The notes: generated by a model not told the origin, from the letters alone. DNA of 64,000 nt from Gemmatimonadota bacterium (GCA_020350425.1 CP070716.1:2077373-2141372); one strand, 5' to 3'. Counted from the first letter of the stretch, positions 17,918 through 27,973 are shown. Program-made: numbers and translations.

Positions 17918-20671
17918 ATGCCGGCCCAATCCCCGCGACGCCTGTACCTGATTGATGGCTACGCCCTGATCTACCGGGCGTTCTTCGCGATGATCGGCCG
18001 CCCGCTGCGCACCAGTCGCGGGGAGAACACCTCCGCGGCCTGGGGTGTAGCCAATTTTCTGCACCGCCTCTTCGCGGAGCATGGCCCGGATTACGTCGCG
18101 TGGGTGCACGACGCCGGGACGTCGTTCCGCGAGGACGTGTTTCCTGAGTACAAGGCCACCCGGGAGAAGCTGGACGACGAGCTGCAGGACGACTTCGACC
18201 GCTCCGTCGAGCGCATCGAGGAGCTGCTGGCCGCATTCGCGGTACCTCTCGTGGCCGTCGAGGATTATGAGGCGGATGACGTCATCGGCACCATGGCGAC
18301 CCGCGCGGCGGCGGCTGGGCTCGAGGCGGTGATCGTGTCCGGGGACAAGGACTTCTACCAGCTCGTTGCTCCGCGGATCTCGCTGCTGAACCCGGGACGG
18401 CGGGGCCCGGCGGCCGTGGACGAGCAGTGGGTGACACCCGAAAACGCCCACGAGCGCCTCGGCGTGACGCCCGAGCGGGTCGTCGACTTCCTGGCATTGG
18501 TGGGGGACGCCTCGGACAACATTCCCGGCGTGCGTGGTGTCGGCGAGAAGACCGCGCGCAAGCTCATCGAGGAATATGGCGACCTCGACACGATCCTCAG
18601 CCGTGCTGCGGACGTAACAGCGAAGCGAGTTCGGGAGGCGTTGCTGAGCGAAGTCGACAACGCGAAGCTGAGCCGTGATCTGGTGACGATACGGCGTGAC
18701 GTCCCTGTCGAGTTCGAATTCGAGGCGCTCGAGGCGCAGCCGTGGGACGCGGAGGCGCTGCGCGATCTGTACACCGAACTCGAGTTCCACTCGCTGCTGC
18801 AGAAGCTGGAGGTCGAGAAGCCCGCCACCGCTGCCGGGACGCGGTGGCAGCTCGTTACCGACCCGGCCGCGGTGGACGCCATCGTACGTGAGGCGCGCGC
18901 GGCGGAGATCGTAGCGGTCGACACCGAGACCACGAGCCTGGATCCCGTCCGGGCGCAGGTCGTCGGCTTGTCGCTGGCGGTGGGAGATGGTCGCGCCTGG
19001 TACTTCTCGTTCGAGCACCGGCTTCCCGAGGGAGAGCTCAGCGGCGCGCCGCCGCCGGCGAACCTGCCTCCGTTGCGGGACGCCGGAATGCGAGCGCTGG
19101 TGGAGCTGTTGGAGGATGCCAGCGTGCCGAAGGCCGCGCACAATGTGAAGTACGACTGGCTGGTGCTCCGGCGCGCCGGGATCGAGCTCGCTGGGGTGAC
19201 GTACGATTCGATGATCGCAAGCTTCGTGCTCGATCCGGGTCGGCGGTCACATGGCCTCGAAGCGCTGGCACGCGAGCATCTGGGAGTGCAGTTGACGGGG
19301 TATTCGGACCTGGCGGGCAAGGGGAAATCGGAGCGACCCTTTGCCGAGGTGCCGCAGGAGCAGGCGGCCGCATACTGCTGTGCGGACGCGGACACCGTGC
19401 TGCGCCTGCGGGAGTACTTCGAGCCGCAACTGAAGAGCGGGCAGATGGACAGCCTGCTTGAGCGCATCGAGATTCCCCTGGTGGGCGTGCTGGTGGATAT
19501 GGAATGGCACGGTATCGCGGTGGATGTGGAGCGACTCGGCGAGTTGTCTCGTCAGTTCGGTTCGGAGCTCGAGCGGATCGAGCACGCGGTGTACGACGAG
19601 GCCGGCGTGGATTTCAATATCAACAGCACTCCACAGTTGCGGCACGTGTTGTTCGAGAAGCTGGGGCTGCCGGTCCTGAAGAAGACCAAGACGGGACCGT
19701 CCACCGACGCCGGAGTGCTGGAGGAACTCTCCGGCATGGGCTTCCAGCTGCCGGCCCTGCTGTTGGAGTACCGCGAGCTGGCCAAGCTGCGGTCGACGTA
19801 TGTCGACGTGCTTCCCGAGGCGGTGAATCGAGAGACGGGACGCATTCACACGAGCTTCAGCCAGGCGGGTGCGTCCACCGGAAGGCTTTCGTCGTCCGAT
19901 CCCAACCTGCAGAACATCCCGGTGCGTACGCTGCGGGGAGAGGAAATCCGACGCTGCTTCGTGCCGGCGGCCGGCAAGCGTTTCATCGTGGCAGACTACT
20001 CGCAGATCGAGTTGCGCCTGCTGGCCCACATGTCCCGGGATCCGGTGTTCATCGCCGCGTTTCAGCGGAAAGGCGACATCCACCGCGAGACGGCGGCCGT
20101 CATCTTCGATGTGGCGCTTGAGAACGTCACCCCCGAGATGCGGGCGCAGGCGAAGACCATCAACTTCGCCACGATTTACGGGCAGGGCCCGTTCTCCCTG
20201 AGCCGCCAACTGGGCATTACGCAAGACGAGGCAAAGGAGTTCATCCGGCTCTACTTCGAGCGGTTCGCCGGAGTACGACGGTTCCTCGACGAATGCGTGG
20301 AGCGCGCGAAGGACCTTGGATATGCGGAGACGCTGTTCGGACGGAGGCGCTACATCCCGGAGCTCAAGGACCGGACGTTTAGCGTGCGGGCATTCGGGGA
20401 GCGAGTGGCGATGAACTCACCGCTGCAAGGATCGGCCGCGGACCTGATCAAGCTCGCCATGATCAACACCGCTCGGGCACTCGCGCAGGCGCAATTGCAG
20501 AGTGCCATCGTGCTCCAGGTCCACGACGAGCTCGTGATCGAAGCGCCGAGCGGGGAAGTGGATGCCGCAGGGAAGATCGTGCGACGTGAGATGGAGCACG
20601 CGGCGGATCTCAGCATTCCGTTGGTCGTGGATCTGGGAGTAGGGGAGAACTGGCTCGATGCCAAGGCCTAA
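17918..20671 (+). CDS. polA: DNA polymerase I
   Basis: 917 aa. 5'-nuclease N-terminus LYLIDGYALIYRAFFA, 3'-5' exo region VAVDTETTSLD, polymerase motifs DYSQIELRLLAH, KTINFATIYG and QVHDELVIE. Confidence 0.97.
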   Translation: MPAQSPRRLYLIDGYALIYRAFFAMIGRPLRTSRGENTSAAWGVANFLHRLFAEHGPDYVAWVHDAGTSFREDVFPEYKATREKLDDELQDDFDRSVERIEELLAAFAVPLVAVEDYEADDVIGTMATRAAAAGLEAVIVSGDKDFYQLVAPRISLLNPGRRGPAAVDEQWVTPENAHERLGVTPERVVDFLALVGDASDNIPGVRGVGEKTARKLIEEYGDLDTILSRAADVTAKRVREALLSEVDNAKLSRDLVTIRRDVPVEFEFEALEAQPWDAEALRDLYTELEFHSLLQKLEVEKPATAAGTRWQLVTDPAAVDAIVREARAAEIVAVDTETTSLDPVRAQVVGLSLAVGDGRAWYFSFEHRLPEGELSGAPPPANLPPLRDAGMRALVELLEDASVPKAAHNVKYDWLVLRRAGIELAGVTYDSMIASFVLDPGRRSHGLEALAREHLGVQLTGYSDLAGKGKSERPFAEVPQEQAAAYCCADADTVLRLREYFEPQLKSGQMDSLLERIEIPLVGVLVDMEWHGIAVDVERLGELSRQFGSELERIEHAVYDEAGVDFNINSTPQLRHVLFEKLGLPVLKKTKTGPSTDAGVLEELSGMGFQLPALLLEYRELAKLRSTYVDVLPEAVNRETGRIHTSFSQAGASTGRLSSSDPNLQNIPVRTLRGEEIRRCFVPAAGKRFIVADYSQIELRLLAHMSRDPVFIAAFQRKGDIHRETAAVIFDVALENVTPEMRAQAKTINFATIYGQGPFSLSRQLGITQDEAKEFIRLYFERFAGVRRFLDECVERAKDLGYAETLFGRRRYIPELKDRTFSVRAFGERVAMNSPLQGSAADLIKLAMINTARALAQAQLQSAIVLQVHDELVIEAPSGEVDAAGKIVRREMEHAADLSIPLVVDLGVGENWLDAKA

Positions 20672-21035
20672 GCTGGCGGAGACCGTCGTGTGGGTCGTGG
20701 TCGTGGGTCTGCTGGCCGTGCTGGCAGTGATGCACCTCGGCTCGACGCGGCAGCAGAGACGTGTTTCCGCGATGCGGGAGGAGTTGCGACGCTTCGCCGT
20801 AGCGCAGGAGTCGTTCCGGTACGACATCGGAGTCTACGCGGCAGATGTCGCGACCCTCGAGGGGCGGGGCTTCGAGCCGGATGCAGCGATCGTCGTCGAG
20901 GTGCGGGAGGCGACGGCCGACGGATGGGCGGCGGTCGCCTCCCACGAGCGCACGAACCGCCGCTGCTACCTGTACGTGGAAAACGCTGCTCCGGTCGGCG
21001 GAGCCACGCGGCACGGGTCGCTTGAGTGCGACTGA
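20658..21035 (+). CDS. hypothetical membrane-anchored protein (pilin-like architecture?)
   Basis: 125 aa, overlapping the polA end by 14 nt. One N-terminal TM (AETVVWVVVVGLLAVLAV), then MREELRRFAVAQESFRYDIGVYAADVATLE...C...C, reminiscent of type IV pilin-like folds but without a canonical prepilin G/FTLIE site. Confidence 0.45.
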   Translation: MPRPKLAETVVWVVVVGLLAVLAVMHLGSTRQQRRVSAMREELRRFAVAQESFRYDIGVYAADVATLEGRGFEPDAAIVVEVREATADGWAAVASHERTNRRCYLYVENAAPVGGATRHGSLECD

Positions 21036-21339
21036 CGGAGTCTGGCGGGAGTTCGGCCTCTGGCGCGAAGGGGTCGAGCACGCGCTAGGTGGAGGTCTCT
21101 GGTTTCACCCCTTCGAACTGCGAGGGGAGCGGTGGGCGCACCTGGTTTCGTCCGACCGGGCCAAGCTACTGAGGGTGGGCGAGCGCCTGGAGATGCGGGG
21201 GGAGTGGCTGCAGTACCGTCCGCTGAAGCACCCGCGTAGCGGAGTGCGGGTGGACGCGTGGCACTGGGATCTCAGGGGCTCGCGTCTGGAGCTGGCTCAC
21301 CGACTGGCTGGGCCTCGGGTGCCTGCGGCTCCACGCTAG
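21022..21339 (+). CDS. hypothetical protein, DUF4031-like (start uncertain)
   Basis: The region WAHLVSSDRAKLLRVGERLEMRGEWLQYRPLK...VDAWHWDLRGSRLELA resembles the DUF4031 pattern (W/C-H-L...HYDL), recalled from memory. The only plausible start is TTG 21022. The 3' end overlaps the convergent MMPL gene by 68 nt. Confidence 0.35.
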   Translation: MSATDGVWREFGLWREGVEHALGGGLWFHPFELRGERWAHLVSSDRAKLLRVGERLEMRGEWLQYRPLKHPRSGVRVDAWHWDLRGSRLELAHRLAGPRVPAAPR

Positions 21340-23605
21340 CGGCCTCCAGCGCCCGTGCCCGCCGGGCCTTCGCCACCCCCGGCCACCAGTTCCAGCTGCC
21401 CGCGATGTGCATGAACGCGGGAACCAGGACCATCCGAATCAACGTTGCATCGAGCAGAACGGCCACCGCGAGGCCGAACCCCAGCTGCTGCGCGGCCAGC
21501 ACCCGCGAGAAGCTGAAGGTGCCAAACACGACGATCATGATGGCCGCGGCGCTCGTGATCACCGAGGCCGTGGCGGTCAGACCCTCCATGGTGGCCTGGT
21601 CGTTGCGGCCGGTCCGGTCGAATGCCTCCTTGATGCGGGACAGCAGGAAGACCTCGTAGTCCATCGACAGCCCGAACACGACCGCGAAGACCACCACCGG
21701 CACCACGACGTATATGGCCTCGGTGGGCTGCTCCAGCCCGAAGGCGGACGCGCCAACCCCGTACTGGAAGACCAGCACCGTCAGCCCGAACGCGCCGGCG
21801 ACGGAGAGGCAGTTCATCACCACCGCCTTGATCGGCACCAAGATCGACTGGAACGCGAAGAACATCATGAGGGCGGTGGTGACGAGCACGAGGAACACCA
21901 CGGTGGGGTACTGTTCCAACAGGCGGTTTTGCAGGTCGACGCTGCCCGCCTGGAAACCGCCCACGTGCACTGAAACCGAGTCGAGTCCGCGCACTCCCGC
22001 GCCCGCGATCGCACGCACGCGCTCTACCACCTCCATGGAGCTCGTGAGAGACGTGGTGTCGCTCAGGAACACGTCCATCAGCGTCGTACGGTTGTCGTCG
22101 GAGAGATAGGCGGAGTAGAAGTCGGGCGAGCGGGCCCGGGCGGCGTCCACGTCGCTGTACATCATGGTCAGGCGCAGCGACGACATGTTGGGCTCCAGAT
22201 CCACCACGCTGCGCACCTGCGCCACGCGTGGGTCCGCATTGAGAGAATCGGACAGACGCTTGAGGCCGCGGATGTACTTGGTTCCCACGATCTTTTCGCC
22301 CTGGGGCGCGCGCACCACCACGCGCACCGGCAACAGCGCGCCCTGCGCTCCCATGTCTTGGAGCGTCTTCACGCCGTCGCTGGACTCGGTTTCCGAGGGG
22401 AACCAGCCGGACTTGGGTAACCCGATCTTGATGCTTGCCAGCGGCCAGGTGATGGCCGCGATGGCGACTCCGCCGATCACGAGTGCGCGCCAGGGATGGT
22501 GCGCCAGCCAACGAGCCCACCGTTCCCAGCCGGTGGGAGCGTGATACCAGGCGAGTCGCTTTGCGAGCCAGCGAGGTCTGTCGATGGCCCGGCCGATGAG
22601 CGACAGCACTGCCGGCAGAAACGTGACCGACAGGAGCACGGCGGCTGCGACGACGAACAAGCCGCCGATGGCGACGGATCGCGTCTCCGTGATGGGAGTG
22701 ATGAGGAGCGCGCCGAAGCCGAGCAGTACGGTCAAGCCACTGGTCACGACCGCGCGGCCGGCGGTGGCGGTCGCGCGCTCCGCGGCCGCGCGTGCCGTGC
22801 GGCCCCGGTTCAGCTCCTCGCGGAATCGCGTCACGATCAGCAGCGAGTAGTCGATCCCGACCCCCAACCCGACCATCGTCACGATGGTGAGCACGAAGAC
22901 CGACATGGGGTAGAACCCGGCCGCAACGTGCACCAGCGCGAGGGCGCACTCGATGGCGAAGATGCCAATGACGAGCGGGAGAACTGCGGCCACCAGGGCG
23001 CCGAAGGCGAGAACCAGGACCACCGCCGTGAAGGGAAGCGACTTCCGCTCGCCCTCCTCCGCGTCGGTCTTGCTGACCGAACGAATGTCGTAGTCGAGAG
23101 CGGGGTTGCCCGTGACCTGCACCTTGTAGTCGGCCGCCCAGGGTATGCGGTCCTTGGTGCCGTGGATCGTCTCGCGGAACGGCGGCACGAAATCGGTGGC
23201 ACTCCCGTTCTCGGGCGCAACGGCGGCCACGAAGAACGTCGTGCGTCGATCCTCGCTGATCAGCTCCGGGTCGTCGGTCGTGAGGTACGACAGCACCCGC
23301 GTGATGTACTGCTCGCGCACCGCGCTGCTGGTGAGGGAATCGAGCAGGGCGCGGTACGGAGGGCTGTCGATCGGAAGGGGGCCCGTGAGGGTGACGGCAA
23401 AATAGTGGCTGATGGGCTGCGGGAACTCCTGCCTGATCAGCTCCGCAGCGAGGCGTGAGTCGGAGCCCTCGACGGTTTCGCCCTCGACCTCCAGGACCTC
23501 GTGCACGGCCGACGCACGCGGCAACGCGAGCGCTACCGCCACGATCCACGAGAGGATGACGAGGAATCGAAACCGTATGATGAGGCGGCCGGGCGGTGCG
23601 ATCAT
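21272..23605 (-). CDS. MMPL/RND superfamily transporter
   Basis: 777 aa with two 6-TM bundles and two periplasmic loops. MMPL-like motifs GVGIDYSLLIVTRFREE and GLSMDYEVFLLSRIKE. Confidence 0.88.
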   Translation of the reverse strand: MIAPPGRLIIRFRFLVILSWIVAVALALPRASAVHEVLEVEGETVEGSDSRLAAELIRQEFPQPISHYFAVTLTGPLPIDSPPYRALLDSLTSSAVREQYITRVLSYLTTDDPELISEDRRTTFFVAAVAPENGSATDFVPPFRETIHGTKDRIPWAADYKVQVTGNPALDYDIRSVSKTDAEEGERKSLPFTAVVLVLAFGALVAAVLPLVIGIFAIECALALVHVAAGFYPMSVFVLTIVTMVGLGVGIDYSLLIVTRFREELNRGRTARAAAERATATAGRAVVTSGLTVLLGFGALLITPITETRSVAIGGLFVVAAAVLLSVTFLPAVLSLIGRAIDRPRWLAKRLAWYHAPTGWERWARWLAHHPWRALVIGGVAIAAITWPLASIKIGLPKSGWFPSETESSDGVKTLQDMGAQGALLPVRVVVRAPQGEKIVGTKYIRGLKRLSDSLNADPRVAQVRSVVDLEPNMSSLRLTMMYSDVDAARARSPDFYSAYLSDDNRTTLMDVFLSDTTSLTSSMEVVERVRAIAGAGVRGLDSVSVHVGGFQAGSVDLQNRLLEQYPTVVFLVLVTTALMMFFAFQSILVPIKAVVMNCLSVAGAFGLTVLVFQYGVGASAFGLEQPTEAIYVVVPVVVFAVVFGLSMDYEVFLLSRIKEAFDRTGRNDQATMEGLTATASVITSAAAIMIVVFGTFSFSRVLAAQQLGFGLAVAVLLDATLIRMVLVPAFMHIAGSWNWWPGVAKARRARALEAASVEPQAPEAQPVGEPAPDASP

Positions 23606-23780
23606 CGCACACTCCCGGCCCCGAGCGACTCCGCCCGACCGCGCCCCGCGCTGCTAACCATTTGACCCGATACGGCTTAAGGGCTCTTGTCCGGTGCTCC
23701 TTGAAGAAAGGGAATGATAGGCCCGGAGCGGCGCGGATGCTAGCGGGGCCGGTAGCGCGGACGGCCCGGCGACGGCCATA

Positions 23781-24536
23781 TTGGGTGCCATGCGTCGCCT
23801 CGCGTTTCCCGCTTCCCTGGCCGTGGTAGGCATCGTGGCGTACCTGGTGGCCCGCGCCCCCGACCGTGTGGCCTCGGATCGCGGCAGCATCGACACGGTC
23901 CTGACCGACTCGGCGCCCCAGGGCGGGACGGTTGACTGGGACAGCGTGCGCGCGACCCGCGCGGCGGTGCGGAGTCGGATCGCGGAGTCGGACACCTACC
24001 TGCCGGCGATGCTCGCGGAGGGCGACTCGATGCTGCGGCGCTGGCCCGAGCGGGTCGACCGCCCCATCGCGGTCTATCTGCCCGACGGAGGCGCGCCGGG
24101 GTACACCGTGGCGATGGGCCAGGCGGTCGAGGACGCCTTCTCTCGTTGGCAGCGCAGCAGCAGCATCCCCGTGCACTTCCGCTTCGTGCGGGACTCGGCG
24201 GGAGCCGAGGTGTTCGTGCGGTGGATCGACCGATTCACCGCGCGGCGCACGGGCCAGGCAGACCTCACGTGGAGCTCACGCGGGTGGTTGCTGAGGGGCA
24301 CTCTCACCCTGGCGACGCACAGCCCTTCCGGCTGGTCTCTGTCGGCCGACGCCGTGAGGACCGTCGCAGTCCACGAGATCGGCCACCTGCTCGGCCTCGG
24401 GCACTCCGACGACCCCAGCGACGTCATGTACCCGACGACCACCGTCCACGACCTCACGCTGCGTGACCAGCGCACGGCGGGGCTGCTGTACGCCTTGCCA
24501 CCGGGTTCGGTCAGGGATCCCAGGCCGCGGCGCTAG
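23781..24536 (+). CDS. matrixin-family zinc metalloprotease (M10-like)
   Basis: N-terminal signal/anchor. Zn motif VAVHEIGHLLGLGHSDDPSDVMYP (HExxHxxGxxH plus Met-turn). Confidence 0.85.
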   Translation: MGAMRRLAFPASLAVVGIVAYLVARAPDRVASDRGSIDTVLTDSAPQGGTVDWDSVRATRAAVRSRIAESDTYLPAMLAEGDSMLRRWPERVDRPIAVYLPDGGAPGYTVAMGQAVEDAFSRWQRSSSIPVHFRFVRDSAGAEVFVRWIDRFTARRTGQADLTWSSRGWLLRGTLTLATHSPSGWSLSADAVRTVAVHEIGHLLGLGHSDDPSDVMYPTTTVHDLTLRDQRTAGLLYALPPGSVRDPRPRR

Positions 24537-26005
24537 CGAGACGGCACTCTCGAGGGCGGCGCCGCGTCCACCCTTTTTCCAATCAGGTAGGCAAACTCCG
24601 CGTACCGCGCGAGCCCGGCGTAGGGAAAGTCCTCGGCCCATTCGTCGTCCGGCTGGTGGTAGTGATCCCACCGCCGGAACAGTGCGCTGGAGCTTTCCGC
24701 AGAGAGCCCCTCGTACGGGAGCGGCCCGGGAATGATGAGCAGCCCGGGCACACCCCGGCGGGTGAAGGGGAAGTAGTCGGAATTGGGGCGTGGCGCCGAC
24801 GTGGTGATCTCCCAGCCGCGCTCCGCGGCGACGGCGCCTGCAAGAGCGCCCAATCCAGTGCCGTCCACCCCGGCGAGCTGCCAGCGCACCGGAGGGGCCG
24901 CGGGAGCGCCCGCGTCGAGGTTGATGACCGCCGCGATGCGCTCGAGGGGCCATGGTGGGTGCGCGACGAAGTGATCCGACCCGAGCAGCCCCCGCTCCTC
25001 TCCGGTGGGGAAGAGGAAAAGGGTGGAGTGGCGCAGCGGCTGCTCCTCGAGCCGCCGCGCAATGGCCAGCAGCATCGCGACGCCTGCCGCGTTGTCGGAG
25101 AAGCCGTTGTAGATCGAGTCGCCGGCGGCGCTGGGTACGCCGACCCCGAGGTGGTCGTAATGGGCCATGAACACCACGGCCGTATCGCGCGCCGCTGCGT
25201 CCCGTCCCGGGAGCAGGCACACCACGTTGTGGCTCTCCACCGATCGGCGCTCGAGTGCGATGGTTGCCTCGAGCGACCAGCCCAATGCCTGCGGTGGAAT
25301 GTCGTCTGCCGGGCCCACGGTGGCGTACCGCAGCAGCATGCGCGACAGCCTCGGACCGGCCAGCACCGCGGGCAGCGGTGGGAAGAACGAGGATTGCACC
25401 TCGGGGCCGGCGTGGTATAGACGCGTGTCGCCGCGGCTCCGCACGTAGAGCTGGTAGGCGTCCGGGTCGCCGACGAGGTGGATCATGCCGGTCGCCCCGC
25501 GCCGTGCCAGGGTGTCGGCGGGCGCGCCCCGGATCGGCCCAAGCGTGACGGCGACGCGACCATCCAGTGCCACGCCGTCGAGCGCCGGGCTCACGATGGT
25601 CTCTTCGCTTCCGACGAAGACCGCGCGGCCCCCGAAGTCGTGCAGGGTCGTTCGGGTGCCGACGTTCGGCGTGAAGTCGGCGGGATAGCGAAACTCCGCG
25701 ACGCTCTGCCCGCGGGAGGCGAGCAGCCGCGTCTCGGGCAGTACCCGGCTCTCCTCGAGGGCGACCGGCTGGCCGTAGCTGGCGCCGACCGGTGCGAGTC
25801 GCATCGCCCTGCACTGGCTCTCGATGTAGAGAGCGGCGAGGCGTGCCCCTTCGGAGCCTGTGGCACGGCCGCGCAACAGGTCGTGCGACAGGAACCGTGT
25901 ATGCGCCTTCATCGCCACGGTGTCGAGGGGTGGCTCCTGCGCCGTTGCCGTGGCGCCGGTGGCAAGCGACGCGACCAGCGCCAGCCAGGAGATGCGTTGC
26001 GTCAC
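24533..26005 (-). CDS. M28 family metallopeptidase (aminopeptidase)
   Basis: GTG 26005 gives the signal peptide VTQRISWLALVASLATGATATAQ. Motifs: NVVCLLPG, FMAHYDHLG, NGFSDNAAGVAMLLAIARRL, LFLFPTGEERGLLGSDHF. The rest of the 911-aa track ORF is antisense to the next gene. Confidence 0.85.
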   Translation of the reverse strand: MTQRISWLALVASLATGATATAQEPPLDTVAMKAHTRFLSHDLLRGRATGSEGARLAALYIESQCRAMRLAPVGASYGQPVALEESRVLPETRLLASRGQSVAEFRYPADFTPNVGTRTTLHDFGGRAVFVGSEETIVSPALDGVALDGRVAVTLGPIRGAPADTLARRGATGMIHLVGDPDAYQLYVRSRGDTRLYHAGPEVQSSFFPPLPAVLAGPRLSRMLLRYATVGPADDIPPQALGWSLEATIALERRSVESHNVVCLLPGRDAAARDTAVVFMAHYDHLGVGVPSAAGDSIYNGFSDNAAGVAMLLAIARRLEEQPLRHSTLFLFPTGEERGLLGSDHFVAHPPWPLERIAAVINLDAGAPAAPPVRWQLAGVDGTGLGALAGAVAAERGWEITTSAPRPNSDYFPFTRRGVPGLLIIPGPLPYEGLSAESSSALFRRWDHYHQPDDEWAEDFPYAGLARYAEFAYLIGKRVDAAPPSRVPSR

Positions 26006-26086
26006 GGGGTACCTTTGCGATCCTGTGGTTGTGAGTTGAGCCCGGCTGGGCGACACTAGATATGATATAAGGGAACTGCCCGAATC

Positions 26087-27220
26087 ATGCTCTACGCCAT
26101 GCTCGCGCTGGCGCTCCAGGTCGGAGCGCAGACCGCTCTCGATGCAGCCATCGCTCGGGGAATCGAAAGCGGTGTCTTTCCCGGGGCGGTCGTGGTGGTG
26201 GGCACCAGCGACCGAATCCTGCACGCCCGCGGCTACGGGCACTTCACCTGGTCCGCCGATGCGGCCGTACCGAGTCCCGACAGCACGCTGTACGACTTGG
26301 CCTCCCTCACAAAGGTGGTGGCGACGACGCCGGCGGCCATGGTGCTCGTGGATGAGGGCAAGCTCGAACTGGATCGAGCGGTGCAGGACTATCTCCCCGA
26401 GTTCAGCGGTGAGGGGAAGGAGCAGATCACGCTGCGCCACCTCCTGGAGCACCGCACGGGCCTCAGGGCGTTTCTTCCCTTGAACGAGCGGGCGAGCACG
26501 GCCGAGGAGGCCAAGGAGCTGGTGCTCACCGAGCCGCTGCGCTACGAGCCCGGGGGCCGCGTGGAGTACAGTGACCTCAACTCCATGCTGCTTGGGTGGA
26601 TCGTGGAGCGCGTGTCGTCTGCATCGCTCGACGAGTTCGCCGCCGAGCGAGTGTTCGCGCCGGCCGGGATGACGGAGACTCGCTTCGAGCCGCCGCGCAG
26701 CCTTTGGGGTCGCGTTGCGCCGGTCGGGTTGTGGCGCGGGTACGTCATCGCGGGGCGACTGCACGACCAGAACGCGGTTCGGCTGGGCGGGGTGTCCGGC
26801 CATGCTGGGCTCTACAGCACCGGTGCGGACCTGGGGCGATACGCACAACTCCTTCTCAACGGGGGACGGGCGCCGAGCGGCGTCCAGGTCCTGCAACCCG
26901 AAACCGTGCGTGAGTTCACGCGTCGAGGGCCTGGCAACCGCGCTCTCGGCTGGGAAATGAGGGACACGACGACGCAGGAGAACACCGGCGCACTGCTCTC
27001 GAGCGCTGCGTACGGGCACGGCGGGTTCACGGGCACGTCCATCTGGATCGATCCAACGCTCGATCTCTTTGTCATCCTGCTGACCAACCGCGTCTTCGCG
27101 CCCCGCACGCGGCGCTCCATCACCCGGCTCAAGGAGGTTCGCGCGCAGGTGGCCGACGCCGCCGTAGCCCTGCGGGCAAGTGTCTGCGGCGCACCCGATC
27201 CGACGGCCGGGCAATGCTGA
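26087..27220 (+). CDS. serine hydrolase, beta-lactamase/PBP4* family
   Basis: 377 aa. Active-site SxxK (YDLASLTKVVATTPA), YSD/YSN-like motif EYSDLN, and HGGFTGTSIWIDP near the C-terminus. Confidence 0.85.
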   Translation: MLYAMLALALQVGAQTALDAAIARGIESGVFPGAVVVVGTSDRILHARGYGHFTWSADAAVPSPDSTLYDLASLTKVVATTPAAMVLVDEGKLELDRAVQDYLPEFSGEGKEQITLRHLLEHRTGLRAFLPLNERASTAEEAKELVLTEPLRYEPGGRVEYSDLNSMLLGWIVERVSSASLDEFAAERVFAPAGMTETRFEPPRSLWGRVAPVGLWRGYVIAGRLHDQNAVRLGGVSGHAGLYSTGADLGRYAQLLLNGGRAPSGVQVLQPETVREFTRRGPGNRALGWEMRDTTTQENTGALLSSAAYGHGGFTGTSIWIDPTLDLFVILLTNRVFAPRTRRSITRLKEVRAQVADAAVALRASVCGAPDPTAGQC

Positions 27221-27603
27221 TCGCGGGAGAGGTTGGCCACGCGCCGTACAAGCCGGCGCGCCCCACACTGATCTACGACGGCAGCTGCGGCTTCTGCAGC
27301 AGGTGGGTCAAGCGCATGAAGCGGCTCGATCGGGACGACCTCATCTGGTTGCTGCCGCTGCAGGATGCGCGGGCAACCGAGCTGTCGGGTCAACCACGGG
27401 ACCGGCTCGCGCAGGCCGCGCACTTCGTGCGGCCCGACGGCGCCGTCTTCGCGGGGGCCGCCGCAGCACGGGAGGCGTTCCGGTATCTGTCGGGCGGTCG
27501 TCTCGTGGACCTCGTTGCCGCCGTGCCCGGGCTCATGCCGCTCGCTGAACGCGTGTACGCCTGGGTGGCGAGGCGCTGGGGGCCGGTTGCGGAACGAAGT
27601 TGA
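27214..27603 (+). CDS. thiol-disulfide oxidoreductase DCC family protein (DUF393)
   Basis: N-terminal LIYDGSCGFCSRWVKRMKRLD (CxxC). 129 aa. The start overlaps the upstream stop (ATGCTGA). Confidence 0.8.
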   Translation: MLIAGEVGHAPYKPARPTLIYDGSCGFCSRWVKRMKRLDRDDLIWLLPLQDARATELSGQPRDRLAQAAHFVRPDGAVFAGAAAAREAFRYLSGGRLVDLVAAVPGLMPLAERVYAWVARRWGPVAERS

Positions 27604-27655
27604 GGGGGTGAGTGTTGGGGAACGGCAAACCCATACGAGTGACGAGTGACGTGCT

Positions 27656-27973
27656 ATGACTCCAGAGACCGAGCCCACGTTGACCGAAGAGACCGTCAGG
27701 GACGCCCTGCGCAAGGTGAAGGATCCCGAGGCGGGCATCAACATCGTCGACCTGGGGTTGATCTACGATGTGGCGATCGAGCAGGGCAAGGTGGACGTCA
27801 AGATGACGCTCACGTCGCCGGGGTGTCCGGCGGGCCCCCAGATCATGGGCGATACCGACGAGGCCGTGCGGGCCCTCGACGGCGTGAGGGACGTGAGGGT
27901 CGAGTTGGTGTGGGAGCCCTACTGGACGCCGGAGCGGATCAACCCCAAGGTGCGAGCCTACTTCGGCTTCTAG
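27656..27973 (+). CDS. DUF59/MIP18-family Fe-S assembly protein (SufT-like)
   Basis: 105 aa. VRDALRKVKDPEAGINIVDLGLIYDV ... MTLTSPGCPAGPQI, the typical DUF59 signature. Confidence 0.85.
   Translation: MTPETEPTLTEETVRDALRKVKDPEAGINIVDLGLIYDVAIEQGKVDVKMTLTSPGCPAGPQIMGDTDEAVRALDGVRDVRVELVWEPYWTPERINPKVRAYFGF

Noticed and set aside
21336-24176. 946-aa minus-strand ORF in an alternate frame over the MMPL gene and the matrixin gene
   Set aside because: Its Arg/Gly/Pro-rich composition is nonsensical. The MMPL frame (21272-23605) has clear transporter motifs, and the plus strand encodes the matrixin protease.
24533-27268. 911-aa ORF presented as one protein
   Set aside because: Only the 3'-terminal 490 codons (24533-26005, with a GTG start and signal peptide) form the M28 peptidase. 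The rest is antisense to the well-supported serine hydrolase gene 26087-27220.
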